A DNA stretch of 64,000 nucleotides from Lama glama (taxonomy: Eukaryota): contig CM052817.1 in assembly GCA_028534125.1 (NCBI GenBank), positions 63,056,001 to 63,120,000 of the forward strand, in the 5' to 3' direction. A program made the position numbers and the translations under genes. Position 1 is the stretch's first letter. The number at the start of each line of letters is the position of its first letter. Positions 25,926-37,555 of the stretch are shown in pieces. The notes under the pieces are model-generated. The model ran no database searches. It was not told the origin of the DNA and saw only the letters and a program-made list of their open reading frames with translations.

Positions 25926-28900
25926 TGTTTGCTTGCTTTTATTTGGTACTCATAGAGCACATTCACATTTCAAATATTCTTAGTTATACATTTGACTCTA
26001 TTGACTGTTTGAATCTCTAACTAAAATAATTTCAATTGAAATGTGTCCTTTGAATGCTCTTCTAGTCAGAATATGGAGCTTTAAATAACTAGATTCTATA
26101 ATTTTATTTTCCATTAAAGTCTGTATCTTTTCTCCTAAGATATGATTCTCAATAAAATGAGAGAAAAATGCATCATTTTCTATTCATCCTTTCAACCTCT
26201 TATACAAGAGAAAATATAATTGTCAAAGAATTAACATTGACATCAGAGAAAATTATAAGGGAGAAAGTAAGTTAAAACATAATTGCATGAAAATTATTTT
26301 GTTTACATTTGTAAAAATCATTTGCAAATATTAAAGCTGTGACACTGAGAAAAGATGCGGCTTTCATTAACCTATAATGAAAAGATGCTTAGCAAGGAAA
26401 AAACTTTCAGTGATTTGTGAAACAGAACTCCTCTTACATTTTTTTGGAAAATTGACCTAGGCTGATGCATAGGTTAAAAAAATAAAGATACAGAATTTCA
26501 ATATCTTAACTGCTCTGAGGTAGATGTATAAACAATATGAAATAGTTTTCTCCTCCTTTAAGAAAGTCATCTCAAAACAAGAAGAAACAAAGAATGCAAG
26601 AAGGGGCTTCAGAGGATTTACACACTCATTTTGCCCTGTTTAGTTAATTAAATGACCTCAATAACATGGAGGGCATCCATTTTTAAATCTCAGGATCTCA
26701 GAACAGTAGATCATATCTGAAAATCAAAACACAAGTGGTCATCTCTGCTATCAAGGGGAGGGCAAATTCACGGGTGGATTAATGTAGCTTTTTGTTTCAT
26801 CTATTTCTTTCATTAACCCTTTGTCTTTACACTACCTATTGCTTAATTTTTCTGTTTCAATGAGAGGGAGAGATTGAGAGAGAGAGAGAGGGGGCCTATT
26901 AAACTCTTGGTTAAAAAGAAGTTTCTTGCTTGTCTCTTTTATGTTTTCTCTCCCAGCTGTCTATTAGACTATAAAATCAATGGATTATTTTAGAATATTT
27001 TAAAGACCTCTATAATAATCACATGAGAAAAGAAGAGTTTTTTTAAAATATTAAAAGATAGGAAAAGGTTGTTGTTTTGTCATAAAGTAGAAAAGCAGGT
27101 ATCCTGCAAGGCACATCTAACAGATGGGTCCATAAACCTGGCTTTCAAGGATGCCTTGTGTTGCTGAGTGTGAAGGCTGCCAAGAACAGCTTCCAGCTGT
27201 GGGAAGTTCTACGTACTGCCAAGGAGAGAGCCTGACTCCAGGTCTACAGAGGTGGAATCTGCATGAAGAAAGCTTGCAGAAGTCCAAAGAGATTAAAGAG
27301 GAAGATGAGACTGACGGACCTGAATAGGTACATAAAGCACAGAAAGGTCTGGCATATAAAAAAGTGGTGCAAAGGTTGATTGAGTCAATCATCCATGAAC
27401 CCAACTTTCTTATGTGCTTGCGTCTTATAGGCCACAGATATAATTTTTAAAGAACTGAATCAGAGGAATGGGTTACTTGTCATGATTAACTTTATGTTGT
27501 CCTCAGTGCCTACACTGTTTTGTAAATAAGTACTCGTTCAATATTTGTTTAGTTTAATTTAATTATAGGTAGAATCTCCCAGCAGCCACAGAGCAAGCAA
27601 GAGAAATGATTTTTCCTTTCTTTTTTACTTTAGAATAACATTGACACTTTACCTTCTAGAAAGGTGGATTTATTTAAACAGCATTTATTTAACTGCTCAA
27701 TAAATACAAGAATAATAGTAAACCTTTCCAAGTATAATTTTTTAAAGTTACTTAGTTTTATGCTTAGTTAACTTTGTTATTTAACTAATTTTGTTATTAA
27801 TGTTGATTGATATTGAAATAATACTATTCATATACTAAGAAGGCAACTTTAGTTCTAGATAAAATTTTATCACATTTAAAGAGATCACTGTAATAGCATT
27901 ATTTGTTTACTCAGAAACAGAAGATGATGTTCCATATTAATCTGAGATATCTAAGAAAAAAATATTGTATGCTAATTTCAATGTCTCCAACTATGTTTGA
28001 AAAAAGACAATTTTATAGTACTGTATCATAAAAGTGAATCTTGGCAGTATATAAATATTTAGCATAATTTTTCTGCTGGGAAATTTAAATCATATTATTG
28101 ATGCATCATATCATTTTTTAATATATTTTATATTTTTTATAGTTTAAGGTGATAACAAAACAGTTGCTACTCTACATGAAACATAAAGCACTGCTCTTTC
28201 ACAAACATCCAAATGTTGCTGGTATGATCCAGTTTTAACTCATATTTCCTCTTTTACTATAATCTAGCCCAATGCACAAGAAGTTACCACATAGTTATCA
28301 CATAATTAGACTATTTTTATTATAATACAGTAACAGCAAGACTTTCATATAAAAGCAAACATAATATAAAAATTAAAATGCCCTGGTGCAAAAAAAAATT
28401 TTGCAAGGCTATCTTCTTACTTATGAGAGAAATATTTGCCAAAGGCTTAAATGGTATACATATATTGACTCTTCTTGAGAAACCTATTACATTTCATTAT
28501 CCAGAAAGGTGAGCATTGACTGAGAAGAATGTTGCATTTGGATTACATTTTGTCCTTGGGTCACAATTTTCCCAGTCCCCATTTCCAGGAATGTTTACTA
28601 CTTAATGCACACCATCATTTTGTTCCCAATAAGTAAAATGCTCTGGATTGCGTCTAAAGCTGATTGATGTCAGCAGGGTGTAGAGCTATATGAATATATA
28701 ATGTATTTTGACATAAAAACTTGAACTTTATTTGTTTGTTCTCTCTTTTGTCTACTTTATTAGAAGTCAATTGACACATTATGCCCCTGCCCTCATCCTC
28801 CCCTCAGGATTGAGTGCAGAATCCCCTCTCCTGTCTGGGAAGCAGGAAACAGACAGCTTTGTTTCTAACAAAAAGACTCCCTAATCAGGGAGAAAGAGAG

Positions 28901-29689
28901 AGAGAGAGAGAGATAACAGAGAGACTATTTTTAGTGTGTTTTGTCCTACTTCTTTTATTTTTCCTTTGTAACAAAGGGCTAATTTAAGAGTGGGATGGAA
29001 AAGGAGATAGACTCCAAAAATCAGGAACCACTGAGCTAAAGGAGCAGACCTAGCACAGAGTGGCTGCCCAGGAAGTTTCGCTTCAGTGCCTCAGAGACAT
29101 ACCAGATGAGTGGCAGTGCTAGTGCTCAGGAGTGTGGGAACTTCACACTGCCACACAGCATGCTGTGGCAGGTAGCTGTTCCCACACCAACAGTATCGGG
29201 AGAGATACTAGGTCCACATTACCAGAATTATTTCTCCCTGCCTCTGTTTATCTGTGAAAATGCTTTCAAGCAATACATCTCAAGGTATCTCTAAGACCAA
29301 AGCACACACCCCCATTCCAAGTATTCATTTCTATATACAGCAGTTGGCGTTTGAGCCATGTGTGTAAAGTGGATTCCACTTGTGCTATCATGACTGCAAT
29401 TAATTACATCAAGATAAAGCATCAGACCAAACAGCAGCTGTAGTTTCAGCTGAATATGAGAACAGCGAGCAACTGTGTGGTAATAATCCATTTCAGTCAA
29501 ATAAACTCTCTCGTATAGTGTAAGTGCTGGATGCACCAGGAGAACGTGGACCACTCAAGCTCAGGTCACATCTCAAACAACTGAGTTCCATTTCTGGCTC
29601 TCTCCCTGGCTTTCTCTGCACCCCAGTCTTGGATCTAATCTGACCACACAGTCCACATTGCTGAGAAGGAGATGACATACATACACATG

Positions 29690-29960
29690 GATCTTCAAAG
29701 CTAGTAATGGCAAGCCAAGTATTTATCAAGATAACATCACTCTCCTTCTGAACCTTCTACTTCTCTCTTCCCAATTTAAGAGCCCTTATGATTGCAAATT
29801 GGGCCTGTTTGGGTGATCCAGGATAAACCCCTTTTTGAAGGTCAGTTGATTAGCAACCTTAATTTTATCTATAACCATAATTCTTTGCCATAAACACATT
29901 CACATGGATTAGGGTCAGGATGTTGACATCTTGGAAGACCATTATTCTGCTTCCCACCAC
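29690..29960 (-). mobile_element. MLT1D/E-type MaLR LTR fragment
   Basis: tttaagagcccttatgattgcaaattgggcc...atccaggataa...aaggtcagttgattagcaaccttaatt...ccattattctgcttcccaccaca. Confidence 0.8.
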
Positions 29961-31879
29961 AGGAGGCTGTTTATAAGAACTGAGATAACATTTCAGATTC
30001 ATAAGAGATGTTGTCATTTGTATGGGACACACATGAGCAACTCTAGTCAGGCAAATACCTGGTAACTTGAGACAGTAAGACTAATTCTAGAGCCAACCAT
30101 GCTGTTGTGGGTACAACTTCTAACAACTGTTACATATGGTGGATAAGGTTTGAAGTTCAGGGAGACACTACTGGTTTTTAGCTTGAGAGAGTGGGGGCAG
30201 TCAGAGAATAAGATTTCCACATTAATAAATAAAAATTATCCCAGCTATCAATTTCACTTCTGTTATCTTTGCTAACAATTTTACTCCTGTTATCTTTTTC
30301 ACTATTTTTTTCATTTGAAGGTTTTTCATAATTAAAATAGTCATCTCTTATTTCTAAGCCTTAAAAATGGTTTTGTAGTAAACCATCCAAAGCACTGAAT
30401 AACTGAACTTAAATTATTTAAGGTTTCTAACTTTTAAGTCTTAAAAGTGACTCTTGATGTGGAATGTCCTGAAACAATGAACCACTGAGCTTAAAAGATT
30501 TAGAGTCAAGTTTGCTGTGTGCTAATACATCGTCTCTATTCCATCATCAGTTACAGAAAAAAAATTAAACCCCACCAAAACCAGACACTTTAAACTTCCT
30601 TCTTAAATTCTCAACTGTAAAAATAAGATAATGATAATTGAAGCCAAGAATTTACCCGTTTTCTGTAACATTTGAATGTATTTTTGTTTCTTTGCTGTGA
30701 GGCTGTGGAGAGACTTTTACAAGGTTTTCTCCCCAGGTTGTTTACACACTTAAACACACACATACACACATCCCTTTCTTCATATATACCTTTCTTTAAC
30801 ACATCAGGCTATAAGAATGAATGTAGATATTCATCAAATTTGGTTAATATTCTTCTATTCTTTCAAGATACTTAAGAGTTTAGTTCTCCTCCAGGAAAAT
30901 ATAAAGCAACTCCCCAAAATTTAATTATTTATTAAGCAAATTATTAATGATGTATTCCATATCTTGGGAAAGTTTAAATAGGGCAAAGAAGAAATATTTC
31001 TTTTGTGGGTGTTTAGACAATAGTTTAAAGTTTTTTCCCTCCATATAAATATTGTTTTCAAGAGCTATTCCTTACACTTGACACCCGACAGTCTGCCTTG
31101 TCTTCCTTACATGGCATCTCTTTCTTAGTGTCTCCAGCAACAGCCCTATTGTTTCACTTGAAATTAACACTCATTTAGGCTGAAAATTATTAAGTGAATC
31201 TAAATGTTCTAGGTTCATCTACACTGAAATTACTGAAGTGCTGGAAAACAGGTCAGTGCTTGGACAGAGGGCTTTAACTGTGCGATAAAGGGCAAAATGA
31301 TTTCAGCATGCACATGCTAGCCCAGTCTGTACCCAGGACTGAAGCCTGATTTGTCAATGGTAACAGCACTGTCAGAACTTTCTTTGACCACCTAGGATTG
31401 GTTTAGTGAGCCTCACCAAATGTTTGTAAATTACTCTCAGGTCACTGAAAATGATAACTACTTGGAGTTAAAAGGACATGTATGAATCTATAACATTCCT
31501 CAACTAACTAGAATCCCACGTGATTGGCAGGTCAGCTGCTTCTGACGGAACAAGGGCACTTAACTGTCTTCTGTATTTGTTTGGCTTTCTCTTTGGGCTT
31601 ATTCCATTCCTTTTAACGTATAGCTCCGAATCCAAAAGATTGCGATTACTACTTGATTTAAAATGGAGGCAGTTAGAGGATAAAAGAGTCTCAGATGTGG
31701 ACCAGAGCAGAGATTCTTCATAGAATGTTGTCTTCTCTTAGAAAATGTTTTTGAATATTTTAGGGGGTAAAAATGTTTGCCACAATAATTAGTAGATGGC
31801 ATTTTTGTGGACAAGGATCAGGAATGTTAGGAAATCTAAATGCACAAAGCAGCAAATAGTGTATTTTCCTATATCCTGT

Positions 31880-32050
31880 AAAGATGTTTTACACACATTG
31901 TTGTAATCCTCATAACTTAGCAAGGTAGGTATTGTTAACTCCATTTACAGATTGAGAAACTGAGGCTCAAAGAGGTAAAGACAACTCCAAAATTCAAACT
32001 GAGGTCATTCTGGTCTCCCATCTGACCTAGAGCTTCTACTCCGTCACATG
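31880..32050 (-). mobile_element. MIR SINE
   Basis: MIR core: aaggtaggtattgttaactccatttacagattgagaaactgaggctcaaagaggtaaag. Confidence 0.8.
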
Positions 32051-32919
32051 GCCTGTTTTCAGGCACTAATTCTACTTATTCTTTCTGAAATCACCTCTTC
32101 ATTTTCATATAGTTTATGTAAGACCTTTGTGTTCATTTTTATCACTATAGATGGCTAACACTGTCATGCTATCCTCTCACCTTTTTGTAATTAATTGTGC
32201 CACAAACAGATAAAATCTTTTCTTTTTACACTGGTAATATAAACCTATAAATAATTGATGCCAAAAAACCCCTCTGATATAAAATGGAAGCTTAGTTAAC
32301 GAATTCTAGTTTTCCAAATGTAGTACTAATGATTAACCATATAGTAGGTATGGCACCGACAAAATTTTGACATGAATTTCTGCCATCATTTCCTGAAGAA
32401 CTAAAATTTTATCATTTCATCTTCTAAATCTTTAGAGAATGATCATCTGAGCAGAAATATTTTATAACATTTCAAAAATATGTAGTCTTATATTCAGGAC
32501 CATTTTATATCTATCGTCCATGCACACCTCCTTCCAATATTTCTATGCTAAAATATATTGTAACAATTTCCACCTTTCCTCTTACAATTAAAAATTCTGG
32601 ATATTTATCAAAATATGATATGGCTCTGGTAAACATCAAATTTTCCCCATTATAAAATTTAGGCTTCTCTAATACACTGACAGATATGATTTAAAATTAT
32701 TCAATATTCTTCTCTTTTTGAAAATGATCTGGTATCAGAACTTAAAATTCCATAGCATGTTTTAGGCTGATGTAGTTTGACACAACCGCTGAATCACATT
32801 AGTACTTTTGTTATGTAGAGAGACATATTGTACACAGGGAAATAAGAGAAGCTAAGTAAGTGTCCACAGCTACAGCCCTCTCTAGCCTTTACCCTCAGTG
32901 GCTTCCAAGGACAGACATC

Positions 32920-33010
32920 ACTTTCCTTCCTCCCTCCCTTTCTTTCTTCCTTTCTCCCTTCCTTCCTTCCCATCTTTCCTTTTTCCTTCCCTGCCTTCTC
33001 TTTTTTTCAC
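32920..33010. repeat. CT-rich (CCTT/CTTT) low-complexity tract
   Basis: Read directly from the sequence. Confidence 0.85.
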
Positions 33011-33729
33011 TCCTATTTGATGAGCCATTATCATGATGGATGTTAAATGATGATAACACTCTGAAATTCATGCCCAGAAAAGAGAAATATATTTGTGTAT
33101 ATCTACCTGTGCACAAGGAAATTTCCAGTTGATTTTCTTCTTTGATTTTCCCCCCAATCTATGGCAATTTTATTTGCTCCACTGGTGACAAGACAGTGAC
33201 ATTTCCACCGGCAGCACTGTAAGTGGTATTTATGCTTGCTCATGAATGTTCAGCAGTGCCCCTCATGCCCAGAACATTTTTAACTTTTCCTAAATTTTAT
33301 TTACTTGTGTATTTAAGGACTTCCCAAATCTATACCACCTGCATTGGATGCTATTTGATAATATATTTCTGAATGTATCTACTTTCACTTTGTTCTATCT
33401 TATGCAGCCTCAGAGTTGAAAGAGTTTTTCTTTTACTTTTATTATGAACATAAACCATAAACCTAAATTCTGGCTAGTGTGAAATGCCAAAGAAAAATAG
33501 GTCTGTGCTGAATAATTCTGTCCCCATGCTGAGATTCAGTCATCCTCGGTTTTATTTTTACCTTTGTGATTGACACTTACTAAGACTTCAAACAATCAAA
33601 AAAATTTTGTTAAAAGTTCATTTACTCTTTTTAAATGTAGAAATAATAAACATTCAACAAGGAATCTACATCACAGCAGTTTACTGTTCTTTATTCTTCC
33701 CTCCTAATGACTAACATGTGAATAACGGT

Positions 33730-34015
33730 AGCCAGCATTTACCAAATGATTACAATGTGCATCACGTACATTGCATGGTATGTATCAATGTATGTACTTG
33801 GTAATATGTATTACAGAAAGCCTTTTACATACACTAACCATTTATTACCTAACCTAAGAAACTAGTATTTTATCTCAACTTTACAATTAATGAACTAAGT
33901 ATAAAAGTACAAAAGACTGCTTGCCCAAGTTCTACTAGATTCTAAATATCTGACTTTAAATAGAAACTCAGGTTGATTTGATCCCTAAGCCCGTGTTTTA
34001 AATATGCTATACTGG
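33730..34015 (-). mobile_element. MIR SINE, degenerate
   Basis: ccagcatttaccaaatgattacaatgtgc...caactttacaattaatgaactaag...cttgcccaagtt...ccctaagcccgtgtttta. Confidence 0.55.
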
Positions 34016-34569
34016 CTCAACTTCATAAAACCACGCCTGCATATATAGTGCTCACGTGTAATCTGCCAAGTGCAAGGAAATATCCTCTCCAGAGCCAAGT
34101 AGAATTAGGAGATCCCTAAATGGACTATTCAATAGCTCACATTATACAACTCTTTTTGCTAGTCATAGTTCTAATGCCAGGATTATCTTCTGGTTCCTTG
34201 TAACCCAGCACTGAAAAAGCATGTGTATCATTTTCATACTCTAAATTTGGAGTTCATTTCTAGAACATAGCTCTTTTTCTGCTACTTTCTAAAACTCACA
34301 TATGCTGCAGTCTCATTCTTAACCTTCAGTTCCTAGCTCTGGTCTTTCTATACCATGCTGTATCCTTCTGATTCCACTAAACCATCTTTCTGGATCACTG
34401 CCTAGCCCTGGCTCTTTGATTCCCATGAGTCCTCTTGCTTGCCTAGATTTCTTCTTATCATGTATACTTGGGTCCTTTTAGACTTACTTCAACAACCAAA
34501 TGGATCTTTCAAATCTTTGAATACCTAGCCCTTCTGATGAGGTATCTTTCTAATACTTGCTTAGGTTTC

Positions 34570-35815
34570 ACAAGTATTTATTCTTTTATATTCTAAGAAC
34601 TACCTAGGTGTTGAGGATATAATGGGAAATAAGATAACAAACAGCTATTCTCTTGTGGAAAATAATAGTCTAGTGAGGGAGCAAAGCAGAAACAAAGGAT
34701 ATGAGAAAATAACTTCATTTGAAGTTAACACAACTCTGTTAAAGGAACAAACAGGTGCCCTAATAGGGGAAAGTGTTGGTTAGGTGAGTATTGATTTAAT
34801 GGTGTAGTTACAAAAGGCCTTTCTGGGGAAGCAGAGTATAAAATGGAGCACGCAAATACATATATAGCATACGTGTAAGGAGTGAACGGGAGGATATTGC
34901 AAAGAGAAGAATCTGTATGTACAAGGATATGTAGGTAGGAAAGAATTCAGCATGTTCAAGGAACTGAAAGGAAACTGGTATGATGGATGGTTAAGTAAAA
35001 TCAGATGAGTTTAGGAAGGAAGATGGAAACCAGATCATGTATACTTTGTGGTTAAAAAAAAAGAGTCATACTATATTCAATTTAAGTAGGGTATTAACAA
35101 AAGCTGATTTCTGTTTTAAGAAGGCATTTCTAGCTCCTTCATTAAAAACTAAAAATTAAAAATACAGACATGAAGAGACCATTAGAAAGCTGTTCCAGTT
35201 TTGTAGGCAATGAAAGTTGGTGGTATGGGCTTGGCTGGTGACACTGAAGATGGAGCCAAGCGAAGTGCCCCATATATGTTTGTGCAATTAAACATTTACA
35301 AGGCTTAGCTAGGATGAGGTAGTAAGAGAAAGGATAATAAATGTCAAGAATTCTTACTTGAGTAACTAGGTGTGTAGAAATGTCATTTAATTACATGAGA
35401 AGAACTAAGGGTATTAGGATGGACTTAGGAAGTAAAATCAATAGTTTAGATTTGGACATGCTCAGTTTGAGATGTGTATGAAATGTCCAAGTGGAAATGT
35501 CAGTTATTAATTCATATATGAGTCTGTAGTTGAGAGAAGCTGTCTAGGCTGCAGATAGAAATTTGAGAAATCTAGCATTTTCCATGGGAATGAACAACAA
35601 CCTAGTAAAAGAGTATATAGAAAGGGAAGGAACGAGAACCTAGGACAGATTTCTGACTAATTCCAACATTCAAGGTAGAGGAGAAACTAGTAACGAAGAC
35701 TCAGAAGTGGCCAGAGAAATAGAAGAAAATCCAAGAGAGTGTCTGAAGCCAGTCATGAGTAGAAGGATGAGATGATAGCAACGAATGCCGCTAAGAGGTG
35801 GAGTACAATGATGAT
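34570..35815 (-). mobile_element. Long L2 (L2a-like) fragment
   Basis: aagtatttatt...ctaggtgttgaggatata; agcatgttcaaggaactgaaagg; agtttagatttggacatgctcagtttgagatg...atgtccaagtggaaatgtcag; gaagtggccagagaaatagaagaaaatccaagagagtgt. Confidence 0.85.
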
Positions 35816-36028
35816 GTTGTTTATCTCCGATTCTGACAACCTCATTATGCCAATATTCTTTGCATCAGTAATTAATTTTAGAAAAAATCTCAGTAGATAA
35901 TTCTTACAGTGTCTAGATATCAGAGGAAATCTTGCTGGAGCAGAGGGAGTAATTGAGTTAAATATGTGATTATCAACCACAGCCATTTAATCTGGGAAGC
36001 ATTCCTAAAATTTAAAGCTAATATATTC

Positions 36029-36142
36029 TTTTTTTATTGAAGTATACTTGATTTACAATGTTGTATTAGTTTCTGGTGTATAGCATAATGATCTAGTTAT
36101 ATATGTGTGTGTGTGTGTGTGTGTGTATTCTTAAATTCTTTT
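36029..36142 (-). mobile_element. Short L1 3' tail (cetartiodactyl-type) with embedded (TG)n
   Basis: tttttttattgaagtatacttgatttacaatgttgtattagtttctggtgtatagcataatgatctagttatatat, then (TG)n. Confidence 0.8.
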
Positions 36143-37015
36143 GCTGAGATATTTCCTATGTGGTTTTCATTAAAATTATTAATTAGAGTCATGTAAAAAC
36201 ATTTGTTTTGTCTTAAGACAATGTTTCTACTATTATCAGTTCTTGCAATCTATCTAGATCTTGTAGTATTTATTGAATTTTGACATATTCATTATCCTTT
36301 AACTATAGATAGTCTTTTTTGACTATTTTTTTCTTTCATCTTTTCTATTCATTTTTCTTTCAATCAGAAATAATTATGCAGAAGATCTGAGACTGTCATA
36401 CTATCTTAGTTTTTACATGGATCTGTAGCTTACTTTTTTAAGTCAGGATTTCTCCCAAGTTCAAGATCTCTTTCTTGTTATGGTGATACATATCATTAAA
36501 TCTGTTAGTTGATATTGTGTATGATATTTAAGCAAGAAGAGACTCACAGATATCATATAATCACTTAGTGAAATAGATATGACCTTGAAATGCATATTAA
36601 AATAAAAAAAGTATAAAAAGCTCTTTCAAGTAAGATCTTTCTATTCAAGTTATGTTCTACAAAATAAAACTTTGTGAATAAGGTTTAAAGAATATTTTCA
36701 TCTACAGTACAGGTTAGCCTTTAAAGTACACTAGTAGCTCTATTGATATATTCAGCATTCTTTCCATTCATGACTCCACAAAGGTAGGTGCCATATCTGG
36801 TACTCTCAGCAATGGCACCATGCCTGTTACATAGAAGTCTCTCAGTAGATATCTGATAATGAGTAAGTTTAAAATGATTAATGCAAGATTTGGCCCCCTA
36901 ATTCCAATACTGCATTCACAACTTAACTTTATACTACTTGCGTATCAGCCCTGTGAAACAGACATCCTTAAAATAGAGGAATTCTTCCCAATAATAAGCC
37001 GTAGTGCATTCATAC

Positions 37016-37016
37016 A

Positions 37017-37072
<56 letters not shown>

Positions 37073-37078
37073 GAAAGA
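37016..37078. repeat. (AAAG)14 tetranucleotide microsatellite
   Basis: Perfect AAAG run at 37016-37071 with a degenerate tail. Confidence 0.97.
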
Positions 37079-37164
37079 ACAGAATTTATTTCTGTTCCAA
37101 TATTTGTCCAGATGATAAGTGATCGGGGTTCAAAAAAGTTTTTCCCTACATACCCATCAGAATT

Positions 37165-37555
37165 GTTAATACCAAATTCCAGCAAATTTGCAAAGAAATT
37201 GGGTCATTTACACATTGCTGGTGGGAATGCAAAATGGTGCAGCCATTTTGGAAAACAGTTTGGCTGTTTCTTGTAAAATTAGCTATGCAAGTATTATATA
37301 TGATGCAGCAATTTCACTCTTGAGCATTTAGTCCAGGAAAATAGAAACTTACATTCACATAAAGACTTGTACAGAAATGTTCACAGTAGTTGTATGCATA
37401 ACAGTCAAAAGCTATAAATGACCAGATGTTCCCTTCAATAGGCCAGTGTTTAAACAAACAAGTTATATCCATACCATGGAATACTACTCAGCAATAAAAA
37501 GGAATAAACTATTCAAACACCGAACAACTTGGATGAAACTCCAGGGAATTACAAA
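37165..37555 (+). mobile_element. L1MC1/2-like ORF2 end / 3' UTR fragment
   Basis: cattgctggtgggaatgcaaaatggtgcagccattttggaaaacagtttggc...catggaatactactcagcaataaaaaggaa. Confidence 0.88.

Noticed and set aside
26209..26266. 58-nt exon-like segment ending aaa|gtaagt
   Set aside because: The acceptor is weak (aag), and A-rich sequence stays open in two frames by chance; there is no independent support.
27117..27404. GC-richer segment with open frames on both strands
   Set aside because: No recognisable homology and no convincing splice-site pair.
32895..33116. R/K/E/G-rich minus-strand ORF
   Set aside because: It is the translation of a CT-rich low-complexity tract.
36859..37276. ORFs with KERK or FFLS repeats
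   Set aside because: These are translations of the (AAAG)n microsatellite plus adjacent L1 sequence.
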